Source: Camelus dromedarius
Taxonomy: Eukaryota
Length of the DNA: 64,000 nucleotides
NCBI RefSeq assembly: GCF_036321535.1
Contig: NC_087449.1
Span: 25,730,001-25,794,000 of the forward strand
Reading direction: 5' to 3'
Position numbers and translations under genes: made by a program. The notes under the pieces are model-generated. The model saw only the letters and a list, made by a program, of their open reading frames with translations, was not told the origin of the DNA and did not search any database. Each line of letters begins with the position of its first letter. Positions within the stretch are counted from its first letter, which is position 1. Positions 36,805-50,054 of the stretch are shown here, one piece after another.

Positions 36805-38952
36805 TTAGGCACCTTTCATGTAAATCACTAAGTATTCTAGCCACTTAATTCTTCCGTAAGAGCACATGGATGAAGAATGGTGGGTTGTTCTTAAGGCATT
36901 CCACGAAAGTACAGTGTCGGGCACACATGCTCAATGCATCCTGAACGCATCTCTTGAATTGCTTTGGCCTTCTTTGCATCTAGTTCTGTAAAATGACCTG
37001 CCAACTTTAGCTTGGAATGTTTCGATTCTGTATTAGCTGTTACCTTTGTCATCATTTTCCTGATTATTAAATACTAATTAATATCTGAGTGTTTCATAGA
37101 CTGTAGAATTACTCCATCATATCTATTTATATGGGTTTACTGAAGTTTCCCCAAATATGCATTTGAGATAAAAAGTATTTTATTTTCACTCTTCAAAGTT
37201 GATATTATATAACATTTAATAAACATGTTAAGTGAACATAAAAAATTTCTTTCACATATTGTATAACATCAGGCACAGAAACTTCAGAATTCAGCTGTCA
37301 AAATTCTGCTGAGGAAAAATATCACTTCTAATTCTGATTTAAATTATATAAGCATATGCCGTAAGAGTCATATTTATTTGGCTGCCTGATGTTCGAACAA
37401 CCAAGTAACAGCTCTTGAACAAAAGGAAAGTTTCCCTCTGAAGAAAGCAATAAAATCCATTTCTTTTTGAGTGTTTTGAAACAGTCCCATGAAGAGCCCT
37501 GCCTTAAACCCTATAAAGTTTTGATCAAAATGCAAAACTGGGCATTTGACAGTTACACAGGATGATGTCAGGACTATTAAAAAAATAAAGGTAGAAATTT
37601 AAACGTCAGTTGCTTGATGCTGGTGATCATTTCAGTTTTTTCTTGGTTTCCCCAGTGGCCTTCCTGCCTCCAGACTTCAGTGACACCATTCAACCAACAA
37701 TAACAGCTCAAATTTAGGCTACAGCCCTGAATCAAAATTTAGTTAAAGGAGATGCTGTTGTTCCAGGCTTTTAAGCTTAAGCTTAATAATTTGCAAAGGA
37801 AGTTTCTCTCACTGCCTCAGCAATAGTCACTTATATATTTAGTATTGTTCCTTAAAGACAGTCTCATCTGACAGTCGGAATGCTGCATATCCTTGCCAAC
37901 AAACTTGCCTGTGTGTTATTTCTGAGTGGGCTAGAAGTCCATAAGTGAACGCTTTAGAATAAGCCACGCAAATGAATACAGAAGCAAAAAGAAAAAAGGC
38001 ACCATGTTGATTTGTTGTCTAGACAGAAATGTATCTGCTAACACATCACCAGACATTAGTCAAAGCTGCCTGTTCTGTCTCAGATATGCAGAATCAGGTA
38101 GTTCCTTCAAGGGAAGAAAATCAGTGATGGGCAATGTGATACAATATTCTAAATTAGGCAACAATCATTAGCGCTAATCTGTGGCTTCACGTGCAGTTAT
38201 TAGGAGAAAATCTCACTTGGCTTTACGCTGCTCATTATTCACAATTTATTGTTATTATTATTGACCTTGGGATCCAGCTATCCATTGTAAACATTTGGTG
38301 CTATATTTGATATAAAATTTGTGATTTTTAAAAAACTACTTTTACGTTAGGAATATTATTGCAAATTGTGACTTGGTTGGTTTGAGGGAAAAATGAAAAC
38401 ATTCACTTAAAGCTATTGAATACTGTTTAGCTTTCTACAAAGATAAGTGGGAAAGATAACTACTTGCAGAAATAACAAACTATAATAAACTGTACTTTGA
38501 GCATCTTGAGTTCAAGTACTGGTCAACTTGATCTAAAGTGTTAGAAGGCTATTTTAAAAAAATCTCAACTTGGTTGATCTGAAACATCTGTGCCCCTTCC
38601 TCCCCTACCTCTGCCTACCACCCCAAACCATTAAAATTATTTGGTCTTTCTATTTTGTTAACTGTATGAGCCCTGGGGTCTGTACGCATGAGGTGGAATT
38701 ATCAGCCCACAGACCTCAGAAGGTTATGTAGTTCACCCTTGAGATGATTTATATCTATAATCTTGACAGTTGCGAAGTTAACACAAACACTGTTTTTAAA
38801 CCCTGGCCAGTCACTCTTAGAGTAAGTTAACTTTCCCACAATCTAGAATAAATATGACATTTGCCTGCAGTCAGTCAGCACAACATCAGAGCACAGCATC
38901 ACATGGTCATAAGGTCTCCTCTTGCTATTTTTACATTCAGTTAAAATTTCTA

Positions 38953-39342
<390 letters not shown>

Positions 39343-41565
39343 CTAAGACAAACATGGAGGTTAAATTCGGGTAGAGTTTCAAGCTGTCTTTCTATTTTCA
39401 GTGGACATGAGTTATATAGGCATTAATAATCCTTGGTGAAGCTGAAGATTATTCATTACCTTAAGAGCCTTTTTAATGAAGCAAGCAATAAAAAATGTAT
39501 TTGGTAGATTAGACCTGATTTAACTGACATTACATATGACAAATTCCAGTTTGCACATATGGACCCGCTTTCATGCTGAGCTATCCGTAGACAATAATTC
39601 ATTGTTAAAGCTCTTATACCCCTCTCAAGGAAATTTCTAGGGACTAATTCAGGATGAAGTTTTTTTTGAAGTCTGTAGTAAATGATCACTTAATGAACCC
39701 AATGCAATGTGGGTGCCTCACTTTATACAGAAGGTTTATGTTGTCTTTTTTTCTTTTTTGCCATTTCAAAGGCAAACTCAGGAATGCATAGGTGTTAATT
39801 AGAGTAGGGGAACCCACAGGCTGAGGAGGCAGGCAGTGACCCCTGCTAAACTGCTGGCCCTCTGCGTGTACAAACTGATGATGGACTCAGATAACTCTCA
39901 CTGCCCTGTACTTGAACCTTGCTAAATTTCAGTGATACAGGAAGAAGACAGCATTAGATTAAAAAACGTATGAGAGGCGCTGAATAGTTTTTCCCGAGAG
40001 AACTTCTGCCCTGACACTGGAAGGGTGGCTGGTGAAGCCTGCTGGAGGGCAGGAGGGGCACGTGGGAAGGGAAGGCACTCCAAGCAAGTAACGTCAAGAC
40101 AGCAGCTCTCACTTCTCAGTGAGGGCCGGAAACAGCTCCCAAATCAAAGCAGGTGAGAGTATTTCTCTTTCCTTGCTTTTTGTAGTTTAAATCTTTAACC
40201 TCAAGGAGACGCTGCAAAGAGAAAACAAAGGAATATCCAAATATTTGGAGAATAAGACTTTCCTAATACGGAGAGTGACACAGAAAACTGAAGGGCAACT
40301 GACAAGACTGGCCTCACTTCCTACCACTGTCCCCTCAGCATGGCTGAGGACTGCTGAAACCGATGCATCCCTAGGGACCCCTGGGCATGGGTTCTTGGTC
40401 CCCTAGCAGGATAACTTTAGGTCTGGGGCATTTTCTGACTACTAGTTGGAACGGCGAGGACTCTGAGGTTCAGAAGGGCATCTGCAATTTTTAAAGAGTA
40501 GAAATGGGGGGTTGGAGGGGAAGCAACCATCCAGTTCATACCTTGCAGGTGACCCGATGGGACCTTTCATTCATGTAACCTTTCATCTATCCCCAAATCT
40601 TCCTAGGCTCCTACTGTGGGCTGGGGACACAACACTGAGACAACACAAAGTTTTGTCTTCAGTCATATAATGGAGGGCATCCTGAACATCACCTCTTCAA
40701 ACCAGAATTCTTGCCACCTTCCACCCCTCATACTTGTTTTTCTCTCTTCTCCATTTTGTAAATAACTTTCCTATCCAGTTAATGATTCTCTGTCATATCC
40801 CAGAACAGCGTCTGGCACTCGATATGCATTTGTTGACGGTACAATGAATGACTGACTATATGAATGGTACAGAAATTAATAAAGTAACCATACCAATAAA
40901 TATAAATCTAAAATTTTTTTTAACCTGGCAAAACGCCAGGCAGCATCTAGGAAAACTGGTAAAACTTAGGACTTCATACGATGAATGATAAATCTTGGAA
41001 TCCATTATTGCCTGAGTTCAAATCCACAGCTAAAAAGTTAAATGGCTCTGGTCATCTCTTACTCTACAAATTGTGCTGTTGGCGTTAAAGAACCAAAGAA
41101 ATTTTTTTATCTAATAAGGTACAGTTGTCTTTGCTGGTAGCAAGAAACTCTGACCAGGTGCCCTGCACTTGACCAAACAGTTTTCAGTCAGAGATGGAAT
41201 GTGGCATTTCCCGGATGAGGCGGGGAGTGCACTCAGCATAACATGACACACTCTTGCAGCAGGTCAAACACCAAGGTGGCCACTCCACTGTCAAGGGCCC
41301 CAGGAAGCAGGCCTTCGGGATAAAGTGGCGATGTCTCAAGCGTTCAGTGGAAAGTGATGAACGGTTTGTTAGATTATGAAATTGAGAATTCTGCCCAAGG
41401 GAAAAAATTCACTTGAGCAAAGATTGGGCAGATAAAAATTAAAGAAACCTAATAGAGGAAGTAATTCAACAGGATCATGAAACCCCTCCTTTAATTGTTA
41501 ATAAACAGCCTTGCCCTCTTTTTGTTGTTAAATACGTAAAAGAAAATCATTAACAGCTTACATTT

Positions 41566-41693
41566 TTCTCCTTTTGGGGGGGGGGAGGCTAATTAGGTTT
41601 ATTTATTTATTTCTTTGATGGTGGTACTGGGGATGGAACCCAGGACCTCATGCATGCTAGGCGTGCACTCTACCACAGAGCTATACCCTCCCC
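41566..41693 (-). mobile_element. Vic-1-type camelid tRNA(Ala)-derived SINE, full length
   Basis: Minus strand GGGGAGGGTATAGCTCTGTGGTAGAG...GGTCCTGGGTTCCATCCCCAGTACC, then an (AAAT)n tail and CCTAATTAGCCTCCCCC. Target-site duplication aacagctta(c/a)attt at 41552-41565 and 41697-41710. Confidence 0.9.
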
Positions 41694-42520
41694 ACCAACA
41701 GCTTAAATTTAGACCTTAGTTTCTTCATTACATTTAACTGAAAACAATATATTCACCTTTTCCGTGTGTCATAGAGTGTATTTTAATGTAAACCTCAGAA
41801 CACATGGCACTATATGCAGTTAATTTTACAATGACTGATTTATGAGAATCAATTACTTCTTAATTAATACCAGGAAGTCATTGAGCCTGTAGATTCAAAT
41901 GAGACAACTGCTGAGTCTGCATTTCAAAGGGTCATCCTTCACAACCCTCACTTTCTCAGGCCTTGGACTGTCTGGTTCAGCCATTAGTCCACTGTCAAAC
42001 TGGGTATAAATCCTTCAAGTCCCTGGGCTTTAATTTCTTCGAACAGAAAACAGTTGTGTTGCAGAGATCACACAGCTCTGTTACATAGTATGAAATACAT
42101 GCAATTTCTCTGGGTAACCTGCTAGCAGTACCCTTGTCCTGGACAATGAGACAGCATCCGCTTCTTCTGTTGTTCTGAAGCTCAGACTTAAGATCTCATC
42201 AGTGTTTGAATATGGTCTTCCTTCTTCTCTCTTTCTTGTTTTCTTTCCTTTATCTTGGATTGGATGTTTAGTGGGCCTAAGTTTTTGTCCAGGTAGCCTC
42301 CAATTATTTTAGAAAAGGTCACTGGCATTAAATCAATCAATCAGCTATTCAATCAGTGAAATTCATTTAATGTATTTTGAGATGGTCCAATCAGGCCCTA
42401 CGGAAGCGAAACTATCATTGTGAAGCTGGCATGGTGCTAATGTAATGCACAGAGAATGGTATGAGTCCAAATTTTTGACGGAGAAAAACATCTCTTATGG
42501 ATGTGTGTGTGTGTGAGTAG

Positions 42521-42652
42521 NNNNNNNNNNNNNNNNNNNNNNNNNNNNNNNNNNNNNNNNNNNNNNNNNNNNNNNNNNNNNNNNNNNNNNNNNNNNNNNN
42601 NNNNNNNNNNNNNNNNNNNNNNNNNNNNNNNNNNNNNNNNNNNNNNNNNNNN
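42521..42652. other. N-run (132 nt) just after a (GT)n tract
   Basis: Read directly from the sequence. Confidence 0.99.
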
Positions 42653-44073
42653 TCCATGTTGATGTTAATACAATTTTGTGTATTCAGAGGCACTACAAAA
42701 TTGGCTGCTTCTGGGCTCTAATACTTGTAGTCCTCCCCTAGGCCAGGAGCAGCAGAAAGTGTCAGAGACACTCCACTCTCCTGGATGTATCTCACTGCTA
42801 GTTTAAACTTTAACCAGAGGCCAGACTTGTTCCAAACAACTGCTTGGGCTTTTCACAAAGAATACAAGTAAGATGGGAAGGAAGGAAATTTGATCAGGGT
42901 TCTTCGGCTGGAATGGCACTGCCTACACATTCTAAACAGAGTAGCCACAGTGAAAGAAGCAGAGACCCAGAATTTCCCAAAGGGTGTAGGCCCAGTTATT
43001 TATTGCAAAATGATCATATTACTGGATACTTAAAAACAAGAAAGCAGGTCAGGCAGGTTGGTTTACTTGTTTGCGACACCCCCCCCCCCCCAATTATTTA
43101 AAAGACTCACTCGGTTTTAGCTTGAAAGAGAAAAAGTAAAAAGTTCAACATGCTTGAATATGTATTTTTTAACTTAAAAAATCCTTCCTCCTCCTTCCCT
43201 CCTGGGGAAGGAGAAGGTCAAGGTCATTGCTGTATCATTGTGTATGCTGAGAGCCTTACATGGTCCACAACCGATTCTTGGGTCTGAGAGGCCACTACAG
43301 GGAGGGGGCTGTGTACACACATATTCTAGCTCAAAGAGGATGACACTGGGGAGATGGCCTGATAGCTCTGGAATCTTGCATTTCATTCTAAGTTTTAGGA
43401 AGAAGAAGAGATCTAAGAAAGCCATCTCTCTCTACCCTTCCCAGCAGTTTTGCCCAAACTCAACCTCCAAGAATTCTAATAACCCTTCTGCATTTTTTTC
43501 TCAAACCAAAATGTTATGGCTGAAATATGCTCTTCTATTTAGCCCCGACATTGCCTGAATTGCTTTATTTCTTGTACATGCTTTATTTCTTCTGCAGACT
43601 CTCCCAGACTGCACAGGGACTAGGCCCTTTTTCATGTTAGCTTTTGCTTTTGGGCACTGGGCCCTTAGATCCTACTCTGTCTTCTTTGGGAGGCTCCCAA
43701 GATAAGCCATCAAGAGAACAGTGCAACCGATAAAATCTAATCCTCCTTCAGGTGCAGAGTGTTCTTAAGACAGTGTTGCAAACAGCCTTCTTCCCTCACA
43801 GAGTGAAGCATCACTCCCAAGCCCTGGCATTTGCAAAACTCCAGTCTTAACCATTAATCGACACTAAGTCAGCGGCAACAGGTGAGATTCCAAACTGTTT
43901 CTCTCCGTTAGCACCGCTAGAAGAAAAAGCTACTCATCTGTCTTCAGGGGTAAGATATTCTTTAGACAAAAATAACCACTTCCATACAAGGTGGCATTAA
44001 GAACTCCTGACTACTCATATTTAGAAGTAAAGATTTTTAATAAGGCAGAGCTCTAAAAGGAGGAGGAAGTGGA

Positions 44074-44076
<3 letters not shown>

Positions 44077-44106
<30 letters not shown>
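44077..44106. repeat. Poly(A) run, 30 nt
   Basis: Read directly from the sequence. Confidence 0.97.
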
Positions 44107-44108
<2 letters not shown>

Positions 44109-44802
44109 GCACTTAAAAAAAAGCCTTCCAGAAGGGCAAATGGAACCTGAATTGTTTGGGTTGTCAACTATTATGTAGTTTGCTCCTTCAGAAATTCAAA
44201 ACCACATATAACACCTTGATAGCCTCCCTAAAGCTGAGAAATCTATCTTAATGGTCCACAGTTATAATTTATAAATCACACATGAGTCAGACCTGCCATT
44301 TATGAAAGCCTAGAAGTTTGGAGTTATGGGATTTATTTTAATAGAGACACAAGGGACAAGGACTTGGCAATGGTTTTCAAGCCTTTAGGATGTGGCGCCT
44401 TTTCCAAATAACAAACCTTTGACTCAAGGCAAACCAAGATTTTCAAAACATGGAGTACACAACTTTAACATCGGTGAGATGCCTGCAAAAGAACCTGAGT
44501 ATGTCAAATGAGAGAAATACATGGCATTGCACGATGACTTGCGAAACACCAGTATTTTTATGTTCATGCCACCCATGTAAGTGACTACACCACAGTAGAT
44601 TTCCAAGATAGCTGATGTGTTCTATTCCACTTGAATTAAGGGATCTTCCAAATATCTTTTGGAAAAACAGACAAAAAAAAAAAAAAATTGAGAGCTGGGT
44701 GGGGGTGGGGGGCAGGTGAGGATCTTTTAAAATTTTAATTTAGATTATTTTTGGCTACTTAAAAACCTTTCTTACACAAAGGCCCTGGTTTATAACCTAG
44801 TC

Positions 44803-45020
44803 CATGGATTGACAAACATTTTCTGTAAAAGCCAGAGAGGCTATAGTTTAGGCTTTGCTGGCCTCCTGGTTTTTGCTGCAACTGCTGGACTCTGCTACTA
44901 CAGAAGTAGCCATCGATACTACACAAACAAATGAATGTGGCCCTGTTCCAGTAAAATTTTATTTAAAAAAACAGGCAGACGGCTAAATCTGGCTGGTGGG
45001 CCGTACTTTGCTGGGTCCTG
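44803..45020 (+). mobile_element. hAT-Charlie non-autonomous DNA transposon (MER58A-like)
   Basis: catggattgacaaacattttctgtaaaagccag...ttaggctttgc...gttccagtaaaattttatttaaaaaaacaggc...gggccgtactttgctgggtcctg with degenerate terminal inverted repeats. Confidence 0.85.
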
Positions 45021-45314
45021 GTGCAGACCCACATAAGTCCTGTTCAGTCTCCAAACACTTGCAAAGCTCTGCTTGTGAACCAGCACCAGCCAATCACTGT
45101 TCCTTCCACTTCCTCCCTACCAGCTGGCCTTCTGCTGAAGCCTTCCCTTTCTGAAGGTCTCCAAAGCAATCTGCTTGCCTTCCGTATCTCCACTGACTAG
45201 CCATGCACTGTCACTCTTTTGACTGTCCCTCTTCACCATTACTTAACGTGCCTCGGGGATGTGCTGGTTTCCTACATCTGTGTGTATATCATGTCAAGTT
45301 AAACATACAGTCAG

Positions 45315-45560
45315 AAAAGTAGAGAAGTATAAGGACCATGGAGCTCTGGAGTCAGATAGACATGGATTTAAATTCTAGCTCCATCATTTACCAGCTGTGT
45401 TTCAAGTTCCCAAGCTTCTTGCAGTTTACCATCTGTATAATGGGGCCAATACCTCACAGATTTCTTCTGAGGATTAAATGAGCCAATGTATCTAAGGCAC
45501 GTGGAGCAGTTCCTGCCCACGGGGTTAAGCAATCATCAATAAATAGCTTCGTTTATTTGT
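45315..45560 (+). mobile_element. MIR, near full length
   Basis: gagctctggagtcagatagacatggattaaattctagctcc...tttaccagctgtgt...catctgtataatgggg...tgaggattaaatgagccaatgtatctaaggcac. Confidence 0.85.
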
Positions 45561-47009
45561 AATACTATGATAGGTAAGGATGGGAATGGGGATGAGAAAT
45601 GAATACACTGGAATTTGCTCCCATGTGCTCGGGATCTGTCCAAATTGTAGAATACACGGGGGAAAGGAAGCTGTTGCCCACCCGTCTCAGGCAAATGAGG
45701 ACATAAATCCTGATAAAAGAGTATGAGCTGTTAGACTGCACATGACATGAGGGTCTTGAAAAAAGTTTCATAAACAGTAAAATGCAAAACCAAAGCAACA
45801 ATAGAAGCGATCCTGAGGTAGCCGCCATAGGTCCCATAGAAACAGTGACTGTAAAGGCCCTTTTGTGATGGAAGATACTTTGAATCCTCACCTCTGCTTA
45901 AATCTGAGATTTAACCTGGAGACTTACAATTCTGGCATAGTCTCTCTCCAGACTCCATTTTTTCCTTAGACCTACAATCCCTGAGTGCCCATCTTGCCTC
46001 CCCCTTTACCATGTACCCCGCTGCTACCCAGGCATGTTTCTGACCTAACAGGATTCTGAGCATGGCCTCTTCACGGTCTCCCAAACCCGGATGGAATGGA
46101 CTTGCACAGCCCGCCATCTTAGTGATGGGAGTTGCTTAGCAGAGAGCCAGTGTTTTTGCTTAAAAAGTTTTTTAGAAGATATGGGGTACTTTTTAGGAAA
46201 AGTTTCTAATTCTATAAAGAGACTTGGGTTTTGCCTCTGTCACTGCCTGGCTTTACATGCAGGCAACTTTCTCTCCCCTGTAGTTCTCTCAAGGGCAAGA
46301 TGAGCAGTTCGAACTCAACAGCCGCTGAGGCTCATCCAGCTTAAATTCCAGTGAAATTTAGTCTCTGGGATTACATTCACAAATAACTCAGTGCAACTGA
46401 CCCAGAGGTAATAACACTGAGATCTAAAATATCTGAAACAAGGGAGTGTGCGGCTTTTAAAAGAAATTATTTTTTGAATGTTTCTGGGATATTAAGTTCT
46501 GGGGTATATCTGGACTCAGTCAGGTAGCCTGACTTTGGGAATGGGAAGGCTGGGATATTTAGGGTTTTAAAAACCTTGAGTGAACGTGCTAGTTGAAACT
46601 CTGTGAGATGGAGCCCCAGCCTCTGGGTCCTGACAGGACCTCTTCTCTGAATAAACCACATTCGTGCACAAACTGCTTAAGCCGTCACAGAGTCTACAGT
46701 GTGCCAGACAGTATGCTCGACCCTGGGCTGTTTACTATCCTTAGAGTTGTGTTTTTAGATTAAATTAAGACGTGAAAATAATCAGGATCATACAATGCAC
46801 CATGGCAATACGAGATAACCGGGAGTCAAGAGTTGAGCTGTTCTCAACTGTTTTCATGGACCTGGAAGCCCACGGTCCATGGACTAAGAGTCACTTTTCT
46901 AAGAACTGTATTTGACCTGTGCTCTGCAAGCCTGACCTGCAGGACTAAGTCGCTTGGCTGGTGGCAGAGCTGAGCCCGTGCCCCGCACTCCTTTCTCCCG
47001 TACTGGACA

Positions 47010-47570
47010 GCTTTTAGTTTTGCCTGCCCATCAGTCCTTCTGGGAACAGCACTCTAATGTTTCCTTGGATAAGTAGCCTTCCCTCCACCCCAGTCTTAGT
47101 GTAGACTTAACCCTCCCCCCAGCTCTGGGGGTGGGCATGTAACCCAGGCCACACCCACAAGAAACTCCATGATCTTTTAGACATAAAGCGTATTTTAAAA
47201 GCGAGCAAATGACCCAAACCAGGCCAATCAGAGCCATCAGCATCCAGAAGTGGGACCCTTCCTAGATCTCCTGTGAGAAACCTGTTCTCCTTCCCTTAGG
47301 ATTGTTAAATTGGTGGGAAATAAGCCTGGAGCTGCTCACATCATTAGTGAGGAGATTTAACCTACGAATGAAGTTCACACAAAGGACAGCAGAGCCAGAA
47401 AAGAGAAAGACACAGATTTCTGAAGGTATCACCTGAACATCTGGATCTAGCACTACCTGAAGCCATAAACCCTTTAACTTTTCCGTTACATGAAACAATC
47501 CAGTATTTTCTTTTGGGGAAACTGGAGGGGTGGTGAAGCAGTCTGGTTGGGTTCTTTCACTCATAAGAAT
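47010..47570 (+). mobile_element. Old ERVL LTR (LTR16-family-like)
   Basis: ttttgcctgccc...ctgggaacagcact...gggggtgggcatgtaacccagg...tgacccaaaccaggccaatcagag...ctggatctagcactacctgaagcc. Confidence 0.72.
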
Positions 47571-47849
47571 ATTTTACTTGAAAGAGTGCTTATTATCATA
47601 TCTCCTGTTCATTACTGGATATGCCACAAATCAGTAACTCTTATTATGGTATTCAAGAATTTGGGGATTCAGGGAGATACAGAGATATCCCTCAGGGATA
47701 CCGAAGCTTTCTAAATTCACATTGTATGCCAACAGGAGAGACCCACACAAACTGAACAAATAAATTCAAATCCCCACAAATACTTTACATATCTGTGCTG
47801 TATTGTCCCTTTCTTCAGTTCCCCTCTCATGAATCTCATCCTGGTAATA

Positions 47850-47975
47850 ATTATTTGCCTGTTCTTCTGTTCTACTACGTTGCAGGGGCAGGACTGGCTT
47901 CTCTGGTTTGTTCATTGGGGCCCAGCACACTGCCTGGCAGATGACACGTTCTCAAAAATTATTTGCTGAATGGAC
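47850..47975 (+). mobile_element. L2 3' terminus
   Basis: ggggcaggactgg...ttgttcattggggcccagcacactgcctggca...ctcaaaaattatttgctgaatg. Confidence 0.6.
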
Positions 47976-48429
47976 TGGTAAATCGCAAAGGTGCTGATCG
48001 CTTTAACAAGAGCCATGCCTGAATGAAGACAAGCCAAAGCCAGGCCTTCACTGGGGCTACAAGGCTAATCATCATTGGAGGGGCCTCACCTGCCCCACTG
48101 GGGACACTCCCCTGTTCTTCCAACCACACAAGAGTGATGGGATGGGTACCCAGGCTGGCTCACTTCCCTGAGGCCCCCCTCTCTTCTAGATCATGAGGCT
48201 CCTCCCAGAGAGGAGAAACACATACTCCTTCTGGACCCGCAAGAGCAGATGAGCAAGAGAACTGGGGGTGGGGAGTGAGGAATGAGGGAAGTGAGAATTC
48301 TTTCAAGAGGACCACACATAAAAACATAAGGACATGGGGATGGGGGAATCTGGGATAGTTAACATTTAGTAACATACTAGCCACATACCACGGCTTTCCA
48401 TAGGTCACTTCCTCCTCCTGTTAGCATCT

Positions 48430-48565
48430 TAAAGTTCTGTACAGGTGGGAAAACAGAGGCCAGTGGAGGATGGGTAGGTGACTTGCACAAGCTTATTCAG
48501 ATCCCAAGTGGCCGGCGAGGATCTGAATTCTAAGCCGGCTGACTCCACAGACCGTGCCCTTTTCA
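48430..48565 (-). mobile_element. MIR
   Basis: tgtacaggtgggaaaacagaggcc...ggtgacttgcacaag...agtggc...gatctgaattctaagccggctgactcc. Confidence 0.65.
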
Positions 48566-49654
48566 CCGCACTCTGCTGCTCCCGTTTGAGTTATTTTTCA
48601 GAGGTTAGATGGTCTCTTTCCTGTCACGATTTTTCCCTCCCAGGTCCCTTATGACTAGAATCCAACCTGACAACCCTGATGTTCCTCACATGTGTTTTGT
48701 ACGTAAGAAAAATGAATTGTTTGAGGGGGAAAAAGGCAACTGCCATTTAGTACGAGGAAATGGCAAATGTAACCTTACTGCGGAAATACACATTTTAAAA
48801 AACATTCCACTGCATGTGAGTGACTACATACACTAGTTCCAGTCATACAAAGGATGCAGCGTGAAGCGGGCTGACTCTCGTGGTTCTGCAACCACATTAA
48901 TGGGACTGAACATTCCTATTTTGAATATCAGTGCTCACCCCCTTTGCCTACAAGGATGATAAGCTGATACTCCATAAACATTGTTAAAGCTACAGTTCCA
49001 TGCTACAGTAATTCACTTAACTTTAACATGATTTATGGTTCTGTCAATAGGGGAGGCTGAAAACCCTGCACTAAGGCTTCAGTGTGAGCTTCATATTTAA
49101 AACAGCCTCTGTGTGTGTGTGTGTGTGATAGAAAACATTCCACATAAAGAGGAGATACAAGTCCAATACTGACTTTTTATTCTACTCTGAAAAAAGGAGA
49201 ATAAAGAATGTATCTCAATGTGGCATCAATGTTATATTAAGCTAAACCAGAAAGACCTGCTCGGGATTTATCTGATGATGTGATTTACAGTACAAGTGAT
49301 ACTATACTGGAAGTCTTATCAATGCCAGGATTTCAAGGAAATCTTGCTCAGAACCAGTACCTTCACTGTGTCTGCATACATGGATTTATGGTGGGGGCCG
49401 GGGAGGGCAGGTGGAGGGAGAGAGGGATGGATGGAGAGATGGAGAGGGTTAGAGAGAGAAAGGGGCAAGGAATTCCAAAAGAGAGCAGCTGTTTTTGTCC
49501 AGACGAGTTTAAATCTGGGTCCACGTGGTTGATCACCAATCACCCCATTCTTCTCTCAGGCACTCACCCTGGTGCATTTTGCCCCTTTAAGAGATTAAGG
49601 AGCCAATTGGTCTTCCTGCTCTAACCTGTCCTCCTTGGGACAACATATTAACAG

Positions 49655-49810
49655 NNNNNNNNNNNNNNNNNNNNNNNNNNNNNNNNNNNNNNNNNNNNNN
49701 NNNNNNNNNNNNNNNNNNNNNNNNNNNNNNNNNNNNNNNNNNNNNNNNNNNNNNNNNNNNNNNNNNNNNNNNNNNNNNNNNNNNNNNNNNNNNNNNNNNN
49801 NNNNNNNNNN
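49655..49810. other. N-run (156 nt)
   Basis: Read directly from the sequence. Confidence 0.99.
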
Positions 49811-49921
49811 CAAGCTGAGCAGCCATGGCCCTTTATGAGGCTCGCTCGGTGGGTGGCCTTACAGTTAATTTAGGATACTTCTCCACTAAGCAGTTCACTT
49901 GCAGACAAATTAGCTCAACAG

Positions 49922-50054
49922 NNNNNNNNNNNNNNNNNNNNNNNNNNNNNNNNNNNNNNNNNNNNNNNNNNNNNNNNNNNNNNNNNNNNNNNNNNNNNNN
50001 NNNNNNNNNNNNNNNNNNNNNNNNNNNNNNNNNNNNNNNNNNNNNNNNNNNNNT
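49922..50054. other. N-run (133 nt)
   Basis: Read directly from the sequence. Confidence 0.99.

Noticed and set aside
41620-41693. tRNA-Ala-like sequences here and at 52795-52867
   Set aside because: They have SINE tails and target-site duplications, and lack a proper acceptor stem, so they are SINE heads rather than tRNA genes.
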